Assembly (NCBI GenBank): GCA_051362555.1
Contig: CM120640.1
Coordinates: forward strand, 40,588,788 to 40,652,787
From: Lingula anatina
Lineage: Eukaryota; Animalia; Brachiopoda
Direction of reading: 5' to 3'
Length of the DNA: 64,000 nt
Shown here: positions 1 to 14,600 of the stretch, one piece after another
Layout: each line of letters begins with the position of its first letter
Numbering within the stretch: position 1 is the first letter of the stretch
Position numbers and translations under genes: made by a program
The notes under the pieces: model-generated
Database searches by the model: none
Told to the model about the DNA's origin: nothing
Seen by the model: only the letters and a program-made list of their open reading frames with translations

Positions 1-28
1 CTTATTACCATATATTGTCATTACTTAC

Positions 29-119
29 GTCTGTGTAAACTCCCGTGCCCCACACTGAGGCAGTGGAAGCAGAACATCCAGATGGACATTGGAATCTGGA
101 ACAGACAACACAGTATGCT
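29..119 (-). other. Exon encoding the N-terminal part of an LCCL domain
   Basis: Translates AYCVVCSRFQCPSGCSASTASVWGTGVYTD, matching the LCCL consensus CPxGC...VxGTxxYxD; ends at a GTAAGT donor, so the gene continues beyond the window. Confidence 0.8.
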
Positions 120-3100
120 CTAAATTAATGCTACAGAATGCAATAAATTAATTATTATTTTCAGTTTCTTTAAGTAATAGCTATATTGTTCAACCAATGT
201 CTTTGGTGATCTATAGTTACTACCAATGTTGATATAGTCTTTACATAAAGCTTTTTAGTCAGCATGAAACTGTATTATTTGTCAATAATAAATAAAACAA
301 AAGATGAAATAATTTAATGACCACATATAGTCAAGGTTTTTTTACTGACTAAGACATCAAGTTTTTCTTTTTCATTTAAATCAACTTTTTGAAAGAGCTG
401 TGTATTTTAATTGGTGTCTCAATCTTCTCCAATAACTGAATATGAAAAATACCAGTTTCAACAACTGATCTATGACATATCCTTCATTTGTAATTAATAC
501 TATGCTACCATTAATAAACCAAAAGTCACTTCAAAAGCATATTTGTCTACTTTTTCAACAATAAGCATGTCATCACTATTGATGTATGTGTACACTTAAA
601 AGGTTCTACATTTAAATTACATGTTTAAACCACATCTACAAGCTTTAAACTGTACAATGTGATACTGCTGAGAAAGATAAATAGTTCAAACTCTCCAACT
701 TACGAACAGATGGCACTGGAGCAGGCTTTGTCTGCTGTGTTGGCACACGTGGCTGGTACAGTAGCACCTTAATATCAGGACAAAAATATACAAATGAAAT
801 AAAATTTCAGTTATCGGTCACTTTTCCTAATATATATACAAAGTTTAGTTTTTCATATATAATACATTTTTGGAATAATGCTATCATCTTGAGAAGAGTG
901 ACATTGTCCAATTCACAGTATTCTTTTTCTTTTTGCAATAATATACATGCTGCTGTACTAAATCAGATGATGTAGTATATGTGTAATGAAATAAATCAAG
1001 TACTATTACCTTATAACATTTGGAGTACTTTATGATTTCATAAGTCCATCCTCATTACAATCAAACATGGCCGTTTGCTCACCTGTACTCTTGCATACAA
1101 AACTGAGCTGTTGGTTGCAGGCAACATCACTCCACTTGCCACTGTTATTGAACATGACACAGCCCTCAGTAGGAGTCTTTTCAGATGGCTCATTGGTATC
1201 CCAGTTGGTGTAGAGTACAGGACGCTGATCAGCCCAGGAATAACGCTAAAAAAAATAAAGTTCTCCTTCAAATATAAGATTTGTTCACACTCTTTAATAT
1301 TTCATTTGCCTTCAATCATATCCCAATTTCAATGAAGATCAAAGACTACTATTGCAAATTTTCAGTTCACAAATGAAAATGTCAATTGATATTTAAGAGT
1401 TGTCCTTCTTATGAGGTACACCTCATTATTTACATATCCAGCGTAAATTAAAACATGAAAGTAGGAATACTTACATGGTCCAGTCTCCCTACATGTAAGC
1501 CAAGCCACAAGGGCCTAGAATACTTGACAATACTGTTTTTGTAGCTATAAATGAATCCCTGCTCAAATATGCTGGTAATTGAAGTCAGAGTTCCTTGGCG
1601 GTTTTTACACTCAGCATTGGCCTGGTCCCATCCCATTGCCTGCTGGACCACAAGATAGCAACTCTGGCCGTAAGGGTACCAGCCATCAGCACATGCCTTC
1701 TGGGAGGGTGTAGACACAGGCCATTTTGAATCTGAAGTATGGTAGTGATTAAAATGTATGGGTATCATCTGTACACCATTACGTAGAGATTTTCTCAAAA
1801 ACTGTAAAGTTAATTAATCAAACAAAACCCTTGCAAAAAAAAAAAGAAAAAACTGTAAAACTTTTTTTCTAAATGGCTTATAGATGAAAAAAGTTCAAAA
1901 TGAGCTAGGAATATACTTTTCATTAATTTTGTTATTTTGTTTTATGCTTTTTTTCACATCTATTGCCATCTTTTCTTTAATTTTATATATTCTGTAATAA
2001 AAAATCTTCAGAGAACTTACTCCGCCTAGTGGAGCACATAAAAGATCTGGCAGGGCTGCAGGCTTTGTCATTCCAGCGGCCAGCACGGGCCTCATCAATA
2101 TACATCTCAACACATGGTTCCTATGGAACACAATGAAGTATGAAGGTTCATGTATTCACTGCCAATGACTGTTGTGTTAAAATACCATTATATTTTCAGA
2201 ACCTCATCAATTCATCAAGCAATTCTGCTTACTAACTTTGTCAGCTTTTGAACCAGTATCTGAACAATTTATAATTCTTCTCTACATGTTGCACATCACA
2301 CTTAAAAGTAGAGAAAATTATAAGTAATTGATTTACCTTTTCTTGCCCATTAGGCTCTCCTTTATCCCAGTAGGTGAATCTAAGTGGGGAATTATCAGAC
2401 CAATAGTACTGCTTTTGTCTTTGACCATTTGTCCCTTCATAACTCAGTCCAATCCAGACATGGGAGATTTTACCCTTGTAGTTCTTCAGCAAACTGGTTA
2501 CAGCCACTGTAAATATTAATGAACATATTACAAAATCCTTGTCTAAATGAGTCCAAATTGTATATATTGCTTATTATTAATTTCAAATGCTCATTGGTAG
2601 TAACATCACATTATTACTAACAGGTAATGCTGTAAATAATAATAAATTTCTCTCTTATTAGTATGCACAAATACATGCATACACACACACACACACAAAC
2701 ACACACAGAGGCTGTATCTTAATGTATGCAATGTACTAATGTGATAATCACTTACTTTGCTCATCAAAATCAGCAATGGATACCAAATCAAAATGAATAT
2801 TATTGACACTTTGGCCTTGGCAGAAGGATTTGGCTGCAGTCCAGTTCATGTTGTTATCAGTGAAGATCTTGTAGCACTTGTTGCCAAAGCTTGAGTAGCC
2901 AACAGGACAACCCCAGCTGGCAGGAATTGGAGGAGTGGGTGGCTGGGTGGCAACAACACCATTCTCTGGTTTCTTACAGATAAATCCCTTTCTGACTCCA
3001 CATCTGGCATCATTCCATTCACCTGATATGAGAGGCACCATATTTTATGAAAAATATTATAACATACATTCACGCTCAGAATCAGTTGATTCCTATACAA

Positions 3101-5895
3101 AAAATGTATGCATATAATAAAAACAAAAAAAGTGTCATTAACAGTGATTTAGCATTCCTTTTAAGTATATGACAGACAAAAACCCAACTCCAAAAATTTC
3201 TTAACTGGCCACAAGACCATATAAAAAAACACCACACAAATGAATTGAATTGAATCAAAATATACCTCTCCCAAGAAAACCACCAGTGCCAGTGTTTTGA
3301 ATATAGAAGGCAACACACTTTTCTTCACCACCATAATCATTAGGCTCATTAGGTCCCCAGTTGAAGTAATTTGCCGCAGAACCATCAGCCCACCTGGATA
3401 ATAACATGTACTAATAAATGTGACCGTAATGTTAAAAAAATAAAAGTTCAGCATTTGAGATGAACAATATTTCATGGAAAGCATAAAATTGTTTTGTAGG
3501 ATATCTGCACAGATTGCATGTGCATCAGATATTCAGTTTATTACTCTATGAGGAGAGGGAGTAATTGGCAATTGAGGCTATTCAAAAAGAGGTCACCATA
3601 ATTTGATCTCACTCCTTGCACACCAGCCAAGTAAAACTGATCAAGAAAACTATGAAAAAGGCTTTACAAGAAGAAACTTGTTTTTCATTTGATCTTGCTA
3701 ATGAATCTCATGCTTCTTAGCAAGGTGTAGATATAAAATGTATAGACTGAGAACCTTACTTCTGACGTATTCCTCTTGCTAACATAAATATGGGAATCAA
3801 CCTACTTGTATCCATCTGTACTGTCCAGCTCATTTAGACCAATCCACATGTACTGCCGACTGGTGTTGAAAAGCTGAGAAGGAATGAAAAACACAATGTA
3901 AATATATTTCATATATGCTTGTTTTTCATTATCTTCAATCCAAATCTTACCTCCAGTGTTTGTTTAGTTTTCGGAATATGGATGAAACTTCAACAATTTG
4001 GACATTTTTGGTCCAGTATTAGATTAGTAACCATGAAGTCTACTACAAATGGATGATTCCCTAACATTTATACTTTCAACAAAAATTTTACCTCTTATTG
4101 CAAATATTTTTAAGATCCTTAAAATTTTGTTTGCCAGTACATGATATATGGTGATATTTTTGTCAGAATTTTACCTGTCCCTGAAGGAAGTTCTGCTCAT
4201 CTTGATTGTGTATTGTTGCCAAGTCTGCTCCCTGAGCTTTACAGAAATCTCTGGAATCATACCAGTCCTTACTGCCATCATTCACTCCACTGCTGAAGTA
4301 GTAGCACTGTCCTTTATACTTGATCCAGTCATTGGAGCCACATATTCCCTCTGTTCAAATATTACATATAACTGAATTTAACATTCTTTTATTTTGAAAA
4401 TATTAATCATATAAATTGTTAAAATTAAACAGTAACATGTTATTTTCAATAGTAGACACTATCTTGGTAGTATACAAAATAATGTGATGTATGGTTATAA
4501 TACAATTGTGCACAAGTCATAATTTTATAAAAAATTAATATAAGCTAGATCAGTTATTTCTTATTCCTTACCTGGTTGTGGAGCAGGAGTTGTGATAACT
4601 ACTTTTGGAGTAACACCTAGAAACAAATGAGCACATTCTTCATCAGAGAGTTCCTGTGTCAGGCTATGCTAGTTTTCATCATGTACAATAATGCCTTTCT
4701 AATTCTTTATTCATTCCAATGCAGTGCAACCAAAATGGACAAACATCACTTTTTAAAAAGATGCTTCCACACATTATAAAACTCCTTTGCACAGTACATA
4801 ACCAATGTCAAGCCAGGCCCATAGGCAAAAAATGGGGGTGGGGGTAGGATTTGGAAGGTTGGAATGACTGAATGTCATTTTGGCTAGAAAATTGAATAAA
4901 AATCCGTCTAGGATCTATAACAGCACTGACGCATGTATAGGTTTCACAGTAAAAAGGTCCAATTTTTCAGAAAAAGAACCCCCTTTGAAAGTGCTGGCTA
5001 CATCCAAATCCATGCTAAATCCAACCACTGCCTATTGGCTTCACCTTTTTTCAGCTTGCAAACCCAGTTCCTGGTAGCATCACAGCGTCTGTCATTCCAC
5101 AATCCAGTGGCTTTGTTCATCTCCACACAATTCTCTGTGCCCTGCCAGTTGTTGGGCTCGCCTTTGTTCCAGCGGGTGTACTGCAGGGCTGTTCCATCAC
5201 TCCAGATGTAGCCTTGAAAAAAGGAAGTTAAATACATGTAGCTTTTAAACAGTGGGAATGCTATCAAAAACTTGCTTATGAAATTGCATTATGGGAAAGT
5301 AATAATGATCCAGATGAAAAACATTTTAACTGTTGCATGACATACAATCTCATATAAAACATTTCCAATATATTGTTAATTGTTGTATGCTCAGAGATTT
5401 TGTAAAAAAACTAAAACTACCATAGTTCCACCTACAGTACCTTTGTTAGTATCTCTGTTATTAAGACCAATCCAGAAGTTATAGTTGCCAGGTTCTGCCC
5501 TGAAAAATGGACAAATGTGTGCTTTCAGATTTGCTACAGTGTATATATTTAAATGAAATGTTATCAGGTGAAATTTTTAGAAGTATAGAGTGATTCCTGT
5601 TTTATTCAACACATGCTTGTCTATGCACAAAAAAAAAAAAAAAAAAAAAAACACACTCAGTTTCCAGTTTCAAGTGCTATTTTATTCTTCCATGCTCTGT
5701 CATCAATGCTATTACTAATTTGTAAATCTAGAACAATTACAACACTCTGACATCTACTTACACCATATACTGTCTCCACAACTGCTCCACCTGGGTGGCA
5801 TTATGAAAACTGGCCAGATCTCCTCCCTTGTCCACACAGTCATCTCTGGCCTCTGGCCAGCGCTTCTGGTAGGTGACAGGCTGGACATTCAACTA

Positions 5896-5947
<52 letters not shown>

Positions 5948-8900
5948 GAAAAACATGCTAAAGATTCATAGTAGTTTTCAGTTTAAATCCAACCACTTCC
6001 GTGATTTTTGTCACCATTCAAATTAAATAGCCATTATTGGTCCTGTCAAAATTTTGGTATGCTAGCTAATTCATAGAAGTAAAGGCTCAATAGGCAGAAA
6101 GTTCTGACTACTCTTTATGTCATGTGCCCACACACCAGTATTTCAGTTTTCACTGAATTCTTAAAAAGAACACAGTAAATGCATCTCCAAAAATAATAAA
6201 TAGCAATTATTAATTCATAATTCATAGATAAGTACAGGAAAACATTTCCAGAGAAAATAATAATAATATATGTCACACGAGAAACTTTAATATAAACTTG
6301 AAAATCTCTGATCTTAACCTGGTAGCAATAGATATCCCCAATGTCACTCCAGCCTGCTGGACACGAGCCCTGGTACAGAGGGGTGGTGGGTGGTTTGGGT
6401 GTGGTCCAGCCTTTCCTGGTCTTCTCACATATAAAGTTACGACTGTACCTACACAAACGGTCATACCATAACCCAGCATTAAGTTTGGTTCCCATAACAA
6501 CACATTGGCCCTGGCGGTCATCTGGAAAAAGGATTTGGAAAATTCTACCATTATTTTAGAGAAAATTACAATTAAGCTAGTTGAGGCTATATAAAGTCCA
6601 TGCAGTTCTTATAGGTAGCAACTTAATTATTGCAGTGTTTTTAACACTGAGAAGCAACCCTGTAAAGAAGCTTTAGAGGACAATTCAAATGAGGGCTGCA
6701 ATGCAGGTTCATGGCCCAATCATGCTTTTGCTTTGCGTGTCAGCACAGGTTTTGAACACTATATCAGACAAAGATGTTTTCATTGCAGTCACTACATGTA
6801 GACTTTAAGTATATGTATATGTGTGTCTCTTTATACTCACCAGGTTGGTTCTTTGCCCAATTTGTATATGGAATGGAAGAATAGCCATCACTCCACTTAT
6901 ATGTCCCAGGGGTGGCACTGTCACTAAGATCTGTCCATACTTCACCAGTACTAAAAGAACTTCCTAACTGACTGGTCAGGTAAGCCTGCTCATTGCTGAA
7001 AAGAAAATTTATCAATTTTACATACATGCTCATTCCACACATGAAATTATGAAAAATAAGGAACTCCTCCTCACATGTATCATTAAAACATCCAAACAGG
7101 AGGATTAAGATGTTTTGTAACATAACTTGAAATGAAACTGGTTGCTAGAGAGTAATTACCATAGTGAAAAAAGAAAAAATACAAGCTTACTTGTCATTTA
7201 CTCTAACTAAAGTAGCACCAAAATTCTTGCAGTATCTTTGGGCATTGGCCCAGTTCCTCAGGAATGGTACAAAGTAGTAACAAGAGTATGAGTATGCCTT
7301 CCAACCCTAAAATACATGTTCAACATAAATAAAGCAATTAATTAATACCAAATGTATTCACACATACAGAATGTGTTACTAATATCCTCTATCTTTATTT
7401 GCTGAAAGACTGTATACAAATGCAATGCTAAAGACCTTATTAAAGCGATCTTAAGGAAACAAAATTCATCATAGCCTACATCATCACAACCCTTTGGTGT
7501 GGGCGTGGTCCTAGGTGAGTCAAACACTTCCTTGCCTTTCTCACACACATAACCTGCATTTGGCACATCACAAACCACATCATCCCAAGAACCATCCTGA
7601 AGAAAAATGGTGAAAAGTTCTCATTATGTTGATTAAATAAATAACAAAACTGAAAAAAAAATTCAGTTTAAATGACATCAAATTAATGCATACAAAGGTC
7701 TACACACCAGTCTCTGAATTTAAGGCTTCCTCAACAATACCCATGTTCCACATTTTCTAACAATATCAACATTCATAATAACTATTTTTTATTTTAAAAA
7801 ATCAGTATATATCATGTGTGGTCTTTTGAACAAAAACAAACAAATGAATACTTATCTCATAATATAACAGAAAAAAACAAACAAAAAAATCAAACATACT
7901 AAGAAGAAAAATAAAAAAATCTACATACCTTTACAACCATCAAAACACAATCTTGTTTCCGTCCTCTGTTGTTGTCTGGTTGGTTGGTGTTCCACAGTGT
8001 ATAGGTGACAGGAGCACTGCTGGACCACTCAAAGTTCATCTGCTGCTGGAGGTCATTGAAGCCATTCCACATTGGTACTTTTGCTAAATTAAAGTAATAA
8101 TAATGACAAATAACAAGCTGTTTTTATCTTAATTTAGAGTTTTTAGGGGGCGGAGGGGGAGAATTCACATGGATTACACTTTGCAATTTAGTTCATCTGT
8201 TTTAATTTGTATCTCTCTGGATTATTTAAAACACCCTTCGTATATCCACATACCAGACAGTCACTACCATAATAATAATAATAGATTTATAGTGGAAAAT
8301 AGAGTGTAAACATAAAACATCAAAGCAATCCACGTATCAAAGCTATAGACAATAATCAGGGCACAAAATACTATACAACATACACATATAACAAATATAT
8401 TAATTACCATTTCTGACAAAGATTGAGACAAAAGCCTGTTCAGCAGCATTCTGTATAGACACTAGTTCACCACCTAGTTTCTGGCAGGCAGCCCTGGCAT
8501 CTGGCCAGGTGACCTTGGTAGTGCTGGCCTGGTAGCAGCTGTCACCAAACTCTGTCCAGCCGTCACCACAGCGCTCAGCATGAGGTGCTGGAAAAAGAGA
8601 TCATATGATAATTTCAAAGAAATTCGACTGAAACAGATATTAAGTCAATTCATTTCATTCCAAGTTGGTTGTAATAATTTTTTCACTCTGAACCAGGTTG
8701 GTATAGATTGTTATATATGCACACTTAATGCATGGGTACATTTGAAACCTTGGTGCTTAATATGTAAGTACAATTCAGAACAAGTCCTCTATACTGGTTG
8801 TCTATAAAAATAAACAGACAATTGATGAAAAACTGGTAATTACCTAAACCAGTGGACCACACAGAATTTACATAGCTGCCACCGCACATGTCCTTGTTGT

Positions 8901-11628
8901 TGGAACATTTCTTATTACACATGGCGCTGGGGCCATGTTTACCATACGAGTTACCACATAGACACATATTTCCTCCTTGGAGAGCAGCATATACATAGCC
9001 CTACCAGATGAAAATCAAAAGTAAGATTTAGGACCAATTTTTTTTTCTGTCACCATCTCATAAAAAATGGTCATAACAAAGATATGTATATATATATATT
9101 TTTTGCCTGGCACATCATACAAGATTGCCAGAGTTATTAATCAATTGATATCAGATTTTAAAAAAAGACCATCAGGTAGGCAAATGGCAACAATATAACA
9201 CTTACAGTCTCATAACAGTGCCTGGTGCAGAACCATGTACCGACATAACGACCCTTCAGAATGCCATTAGCCAGATCTCTGTCTGTCTGCTTGTCATTGA
9301 AGCATCCCATATACTGCGAGGCACTGGGACCTAAGTAAAGGTAACAGATAAGTGTTATAATACATGTATTCACTATCTAAAGATGACCCAGCCAACATGC
9401 AGCTGCATGCTTTTCAAAGTTGCACTGTGAAGACCGTATGAATAAAAGTCATTCATGGCATATTTGTTAAATGCTGAAAACACCATTTCCAAAATATCCA
9501 TTTAAGCTTTTTATCAGTTAGTTATAAGGGGATTTTATAGTAATAAAAAATCAGGTTTTTCCATACTTGGACATCCATAAACTTCCCAGCGCAAAGACAT
9601 ATGCCCCTGCCATGTAGCTGGGTAGAGACGGACATAGCGAGCTATGGGATACCATTTGAAGTAGTTCTTCACCAGTGTATTCCTGTCTCTGTTGCCAGTG
9701 AACACCTTGCAAATAAAATTTAAATACAAAATATGTATTACAAACTTTACATACAAAATGTGTCACTTTTTGCATTATTTTGCAGTGCAGATAAGCAATG
9801 CAGTAAAGACATATTAAACATTTCAATTTTCAAAGCTACAAAACAGGGACCTAGTTTCAGCCCCACTTGCATCACTGACATACAGCGCAAGAGCTAAATG
9901 TTCAGACTCATATCTAGTAAGTTTCAGGTAAAACTGTATAGCTGGCAGTGTAGTAGGTTATAATTAGTTGCACTCACCTTCTTTTTGCCCCCTTCACCAT
10001 AGTTGACCCACTTGGTGCCATTAAAGCTGTAGGCCACACTGTATGTTTTTACCCACTGATTATAATCCTGACGTCCTTGAGTGCCCACACCTGTGATTCT
10101 GGATGGAATTCCTAAGTCAACCTATGGGGAAGATATATTTTAAATACATTACATGAAGTTTTATGTCTGACACTAAATAATTATGTACTTTCCTGTACAT
10201 AAAATGTATACATCTGAACAACTGAAGATGTTTTTTATGTAACATGATGATTTCTATGCAACTTTTGTTTTGTTTGAAGTAAGTTTATGAGGTAAGCAGT
10301 GTTGAAAAGAAGGGAACTTAAGAACATGCAAGCTTCTATTATTGTATCTAAAAATCATGAATTTCTAGCACTAACCTGAATCCAATGTCCAACAGCATTC
10401 ACTTTGCTGGCCCATGCTCCTACCTTCCCTCCCTGTCTGACTGTATTGAGCAGAGAGCGTGAAGGTCCATGGTTACTGTTCCAGCTAGAGGATGCCCTGA
10501 GCCTGTTAATAGGGACAGGGTGGGGTCCATTGATCAATGCTACTGGCTGACAGTCTCCTAAAATATAGAAATTTATGAAATGCATATATGCATGCATGAT
10601 ATGTGCTACTATGTATTTCAGATCAGCAATACTGACATAACGTACAAAAGACATTATACAGCAATTACAGGGAAAAGGGAGGAACTTGTGAGTGAAATGG
10701 CATCGATGTAGACTGAAGAAGTCTGACACTGTAATGTTTCTTTGAGAGCATCTGCTACCAAAGAAAGGGAGAACATACTATTATGCCTGAATACTCCGAA
10801 TCTAACTTTTTTCTATAATCTTAGTAAAGCAAATTATGCCATTTACAAGAAGTAGAAGGCAAAAAAGACGCATGACACAAACATAACACAGAAACAGAAA
10901 AAGTAAACAAGAAAACAGCTCTGTGCTGAACTTACCCGGTAAACAACCCAGGATATCAAACCTGAGCCCTACTGCTACCTGGGCTGTCCCCCTTGGATAG
11001 AGACGCACTGCTGGGCCAACAAACGGAGATTTGAGCCAGTTGGACACCCTGGTATTCTTGTCCTTGTTTGCTGTGAACACCTGTTAGTATTGCAACATCA
11101 TATGAATCAAAGAGACATCAAATAGCAATGCTTATATTACTTTTCAAAAAGATTTCTGCAGTGAGTTGATGCAGAAAAATACTGAGGTTATTAATATGTT
11201 TGTGTTTGTATTCACATGCATGTGTACCTTAGTTGTGCCATATGGTTCCTGGTAAAATTGCCAAGTTTTTCCATCCTCAGTGAACTGCAGTCTAAATGAT
11301 GATGCCCAAGCATTCACGTCTTTCCTCCCCTGGGTTACAATTCCTCTTACCCTGTAGTTGCGGTCTGAAAAAGACAACTTTTCATTAATTTTTGATAAGT
11401 GCTTATTAATATATGCAACTTCATCAGCAAAATAATTGATGATTCATGGGCCAACATCTGACGAAGTTGTATTTAATGTTTAATTACTTAACTAACTAAT
11501 CAATTAATTAATTATTTTCTCTCATGTCTTGATCAGCTCCTGGGGAAACACCCGGACTAAACTGCAGAGCCAGCGATCCCATCAGGATTTCACCTTGTAC
11601 AGTGTCTAATCCAACTGATTTGAGTGTG

Positions 11629-11676
<48 letters not shown>

Positions 11677-14600
11677 AAGTTGCCTATCTCTCATACATAC
11701 ACTCTGAATCACCACAGTATGTCAGAAAACAAATTTTGACTTGAGCCATATAGTTATTACAAGAAGGACACTATTTTCTTACTAAAATTGATCTGAATGT
11801 ACTCTGTATCTGCACTGGAAGATGGTGACCACCCAGTGTTGGAGTTGAGACGTGCATTAAATGGCTGGTGGTTGTTGTCTATCTTGGATGAAGCTGTCAG
11901 AGCAGAGTTAGCGGAGTATATTGGTCCACTCACCAGCCCCTCTGGGTTGCACTCCTCTGTAATAAGGATCATCAGAAAATGTATTATCACATTTTCTAAA
12001 CTCACCCTTTCATATAATCTGCTGTGTATTGATAATCAAATATAGGGCAACACAGCAACTAGTATGAAAGGGTAGTACAGTTTCCATGTCTGATCAACCT
12101 TCACAGTCTTTTATCTTTTGGTTAAAGGGATAATAACTTTTCTTATGAGATCTATATTTCACAATTAATACATTGTAAGCAACTCTAGAATAATATAAGA
12201 TATTCTTTTTTGCCACTAAAACGGCAGTTGTAGCAATAAATGTGAAATTTATGCTTGCCATCAGACCACGTGACCTCCATAGATGACTGTACTCTGTAAT
12301 AATCTCTTATGAGATCATTACAAAAAAAAAAAAAAAAACAAACTTTTTAGAAAAAACCAGGGACTAACTTTGAATGTAGAAATGGATTCATTAACCATTG
12401 GCAAGTATGGGAAAATTGCTGTTTATCCCAGGAAAATTCATTTTTTGGCCAAAATGAACAGTTGTTATCCCTTTAAGAAATTGATGTATAAAAATTAACT
12501 AACTTCATTTCACTCTAACACAGAACCAATGTCTTACTATTTTTTAATTGTTTATTAAAATAAACATTGTTAAAGAAAATGAATATTTACCATAACTGCA
12601 CCCCAAAATTTCCCATCTCATAGAAATATGCCCATTCCATGCTACAGGGATCAAGCGTACATATCTGGCCTTCAGTGGATAGGTCAGGGTGTTGGTCACC
12701 TTGGTGTTCTGGTCCTTGTTAGCAGTGAAGGTCTACAAATGCATAGGTGACATCTGCATTTTATACCTGTATTTGTTGTCCATGGTTTAGACACTTAACC
12801 ATGCTCAATTATAGGTGGCTGTCAGTTAATGGTAATAATTGTATGTAGCACAGGTAAATATAATAGTGCTGTACATGTTAGGCAATTTGAAAAGGTTGAA
12901 AATTGAAAACAATAAACCAGGTGTATTCAGTGCATTTTGTATTGTGGAAAACATCAATTTTCAGGTTTCCCCAAACAAACAAAAATGAAAAACACTCAAA
13001 GCTTAATCAATAAGATGCCTTACCTTGAGAGTTGCAGGGGGATCATAGTACCACCTCCAAGGAGAATCATCATCATATCTGTATAATATCCTGTACCTCG
13101 TGACCCACTGCCTGTAGTCAGATCTGCCCTGGGTGACTATAGCATTCACTGTGATTGGCACCAAGAAGTCGGCCTGGATCCACTGGTTAGCATTGTTTGA
13201 TCTGGCAGACCAGGCTCCTTTTCTGCCACCTAGAATGTGACCAGATGGGTTATATAGGGCATTGTTTATTGATATTTCACCAAATATTTTATGTGCACCT
13301 TCTTTTAAAAAAACATGAAACAATTAAACTGAATAAATCACTGTGCATAAACTTAACATTTAACTGATCTAGAGGTGAAAAACAACACTGCTAACAACAT
13401 TATCAACATAAAAAGTCACTCTCTGTAGAAACATTTGAAGACCAGTAAAGAGAAGTTGTACATCTGTACCTAACACATAGTGTTTAAAAACATTACATAT
13501 TTCATTTTGTTAATATCTTTCATTCCCTACCATATGGATTGCTGATTTGCCACTGTCCAGTTCCCCCAGTGGTCATCACTGACAAAGTGGACACAGAATA
13601 TGGACTTGGGTCAGCATAGTCCACCAAGACATTTTGACCCACAGTCGTCCCACTACCAAGCTTAATGTGACCGCCATCCCAACTTAGCCAGAAAGCCTGG
13701 AAAGTGTTACAATTGAGGACTGTAGGTGTCAGCTTGGTGCCAAGGTTGCGGCCATTTGCCTGCTCCCTGATCACTGTAGTTGACCCGGCACTGCCACTGA
13801 AAAAGATTGAAGACATCCAGTCTGTTAAAATAGTACTCACTGCTATTATGACATATTTCTCTCTCCATTACTATTTGCACCGCCTTAAATTCATCTGTGA
13901 ACTGGGTGAAAAGAATACATCCCAGTTAAAAATAAAAACGAAAACTAAGCTTTAGAAAAGCTCAAGGCTTACATTATTATTGATAAGTAAATGTAACAAT
14001 ATACCTGTTGATTACAATTTCATATTTGTTTCTATCTTTGCTGTTTGTGGTCGGTGAAAGTGCCACATAGGCAGCCCTGCACGTTTTCACTTTGAAGGTA
14101 ACAGACAGAGATCCCATCAGGTTCAGTCCAGGGACATTCACATAGGCATTCGCTTTGTTTGGGGTGTTCAATGGAATCATGGTTCCTGAGATATTGGAAA
14201 TGAATGAATATAAATTTTATTTTCTATACTTCCTTTAAAACTACAGTATGCCTGGTTTTTACACATTTTTTATAAAAATACACCTGACATGCAGTAATTG
14301 ACTTCTGTTCTTTGGAAAATTTGAAAAATAATCAACAGTTATCAAATAAAGGGCAACTGCAGACTTTATGATAGGCTTGCCAACTAGACACCATTCTTCA
14401 AAGTTACAAAACATCACACAATTTGATACTGGATTCAATTTGTACACTGCCCAGTATAAATATGTCAATGAGTCTACTTCTTACGTTTTTTTTTACATAT
14501 TTGTAGTTACGAATTGTTAAATTAGTTTAACTTTTCAACCTACTTCCTGCCTGGAAGTCCAGTCTAGCATTGTTAGGTCCATGGTTGGCATCATACTGAG

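Noticed and set aside
1038-1335. ORFs 1038-1271 (-) and 1075-1335 (+)
   Set aside because: Wrong-frame and antisense shadows of the CTLD11 exon 1083-1245.
11757-11782. Read-through to a stop after exon 11783-11956, suggesting a truncated secreted isoform
   Set aside because: A good GTAAGA donor in the correct phase exists; in-frame intronic stops follow most exons here.
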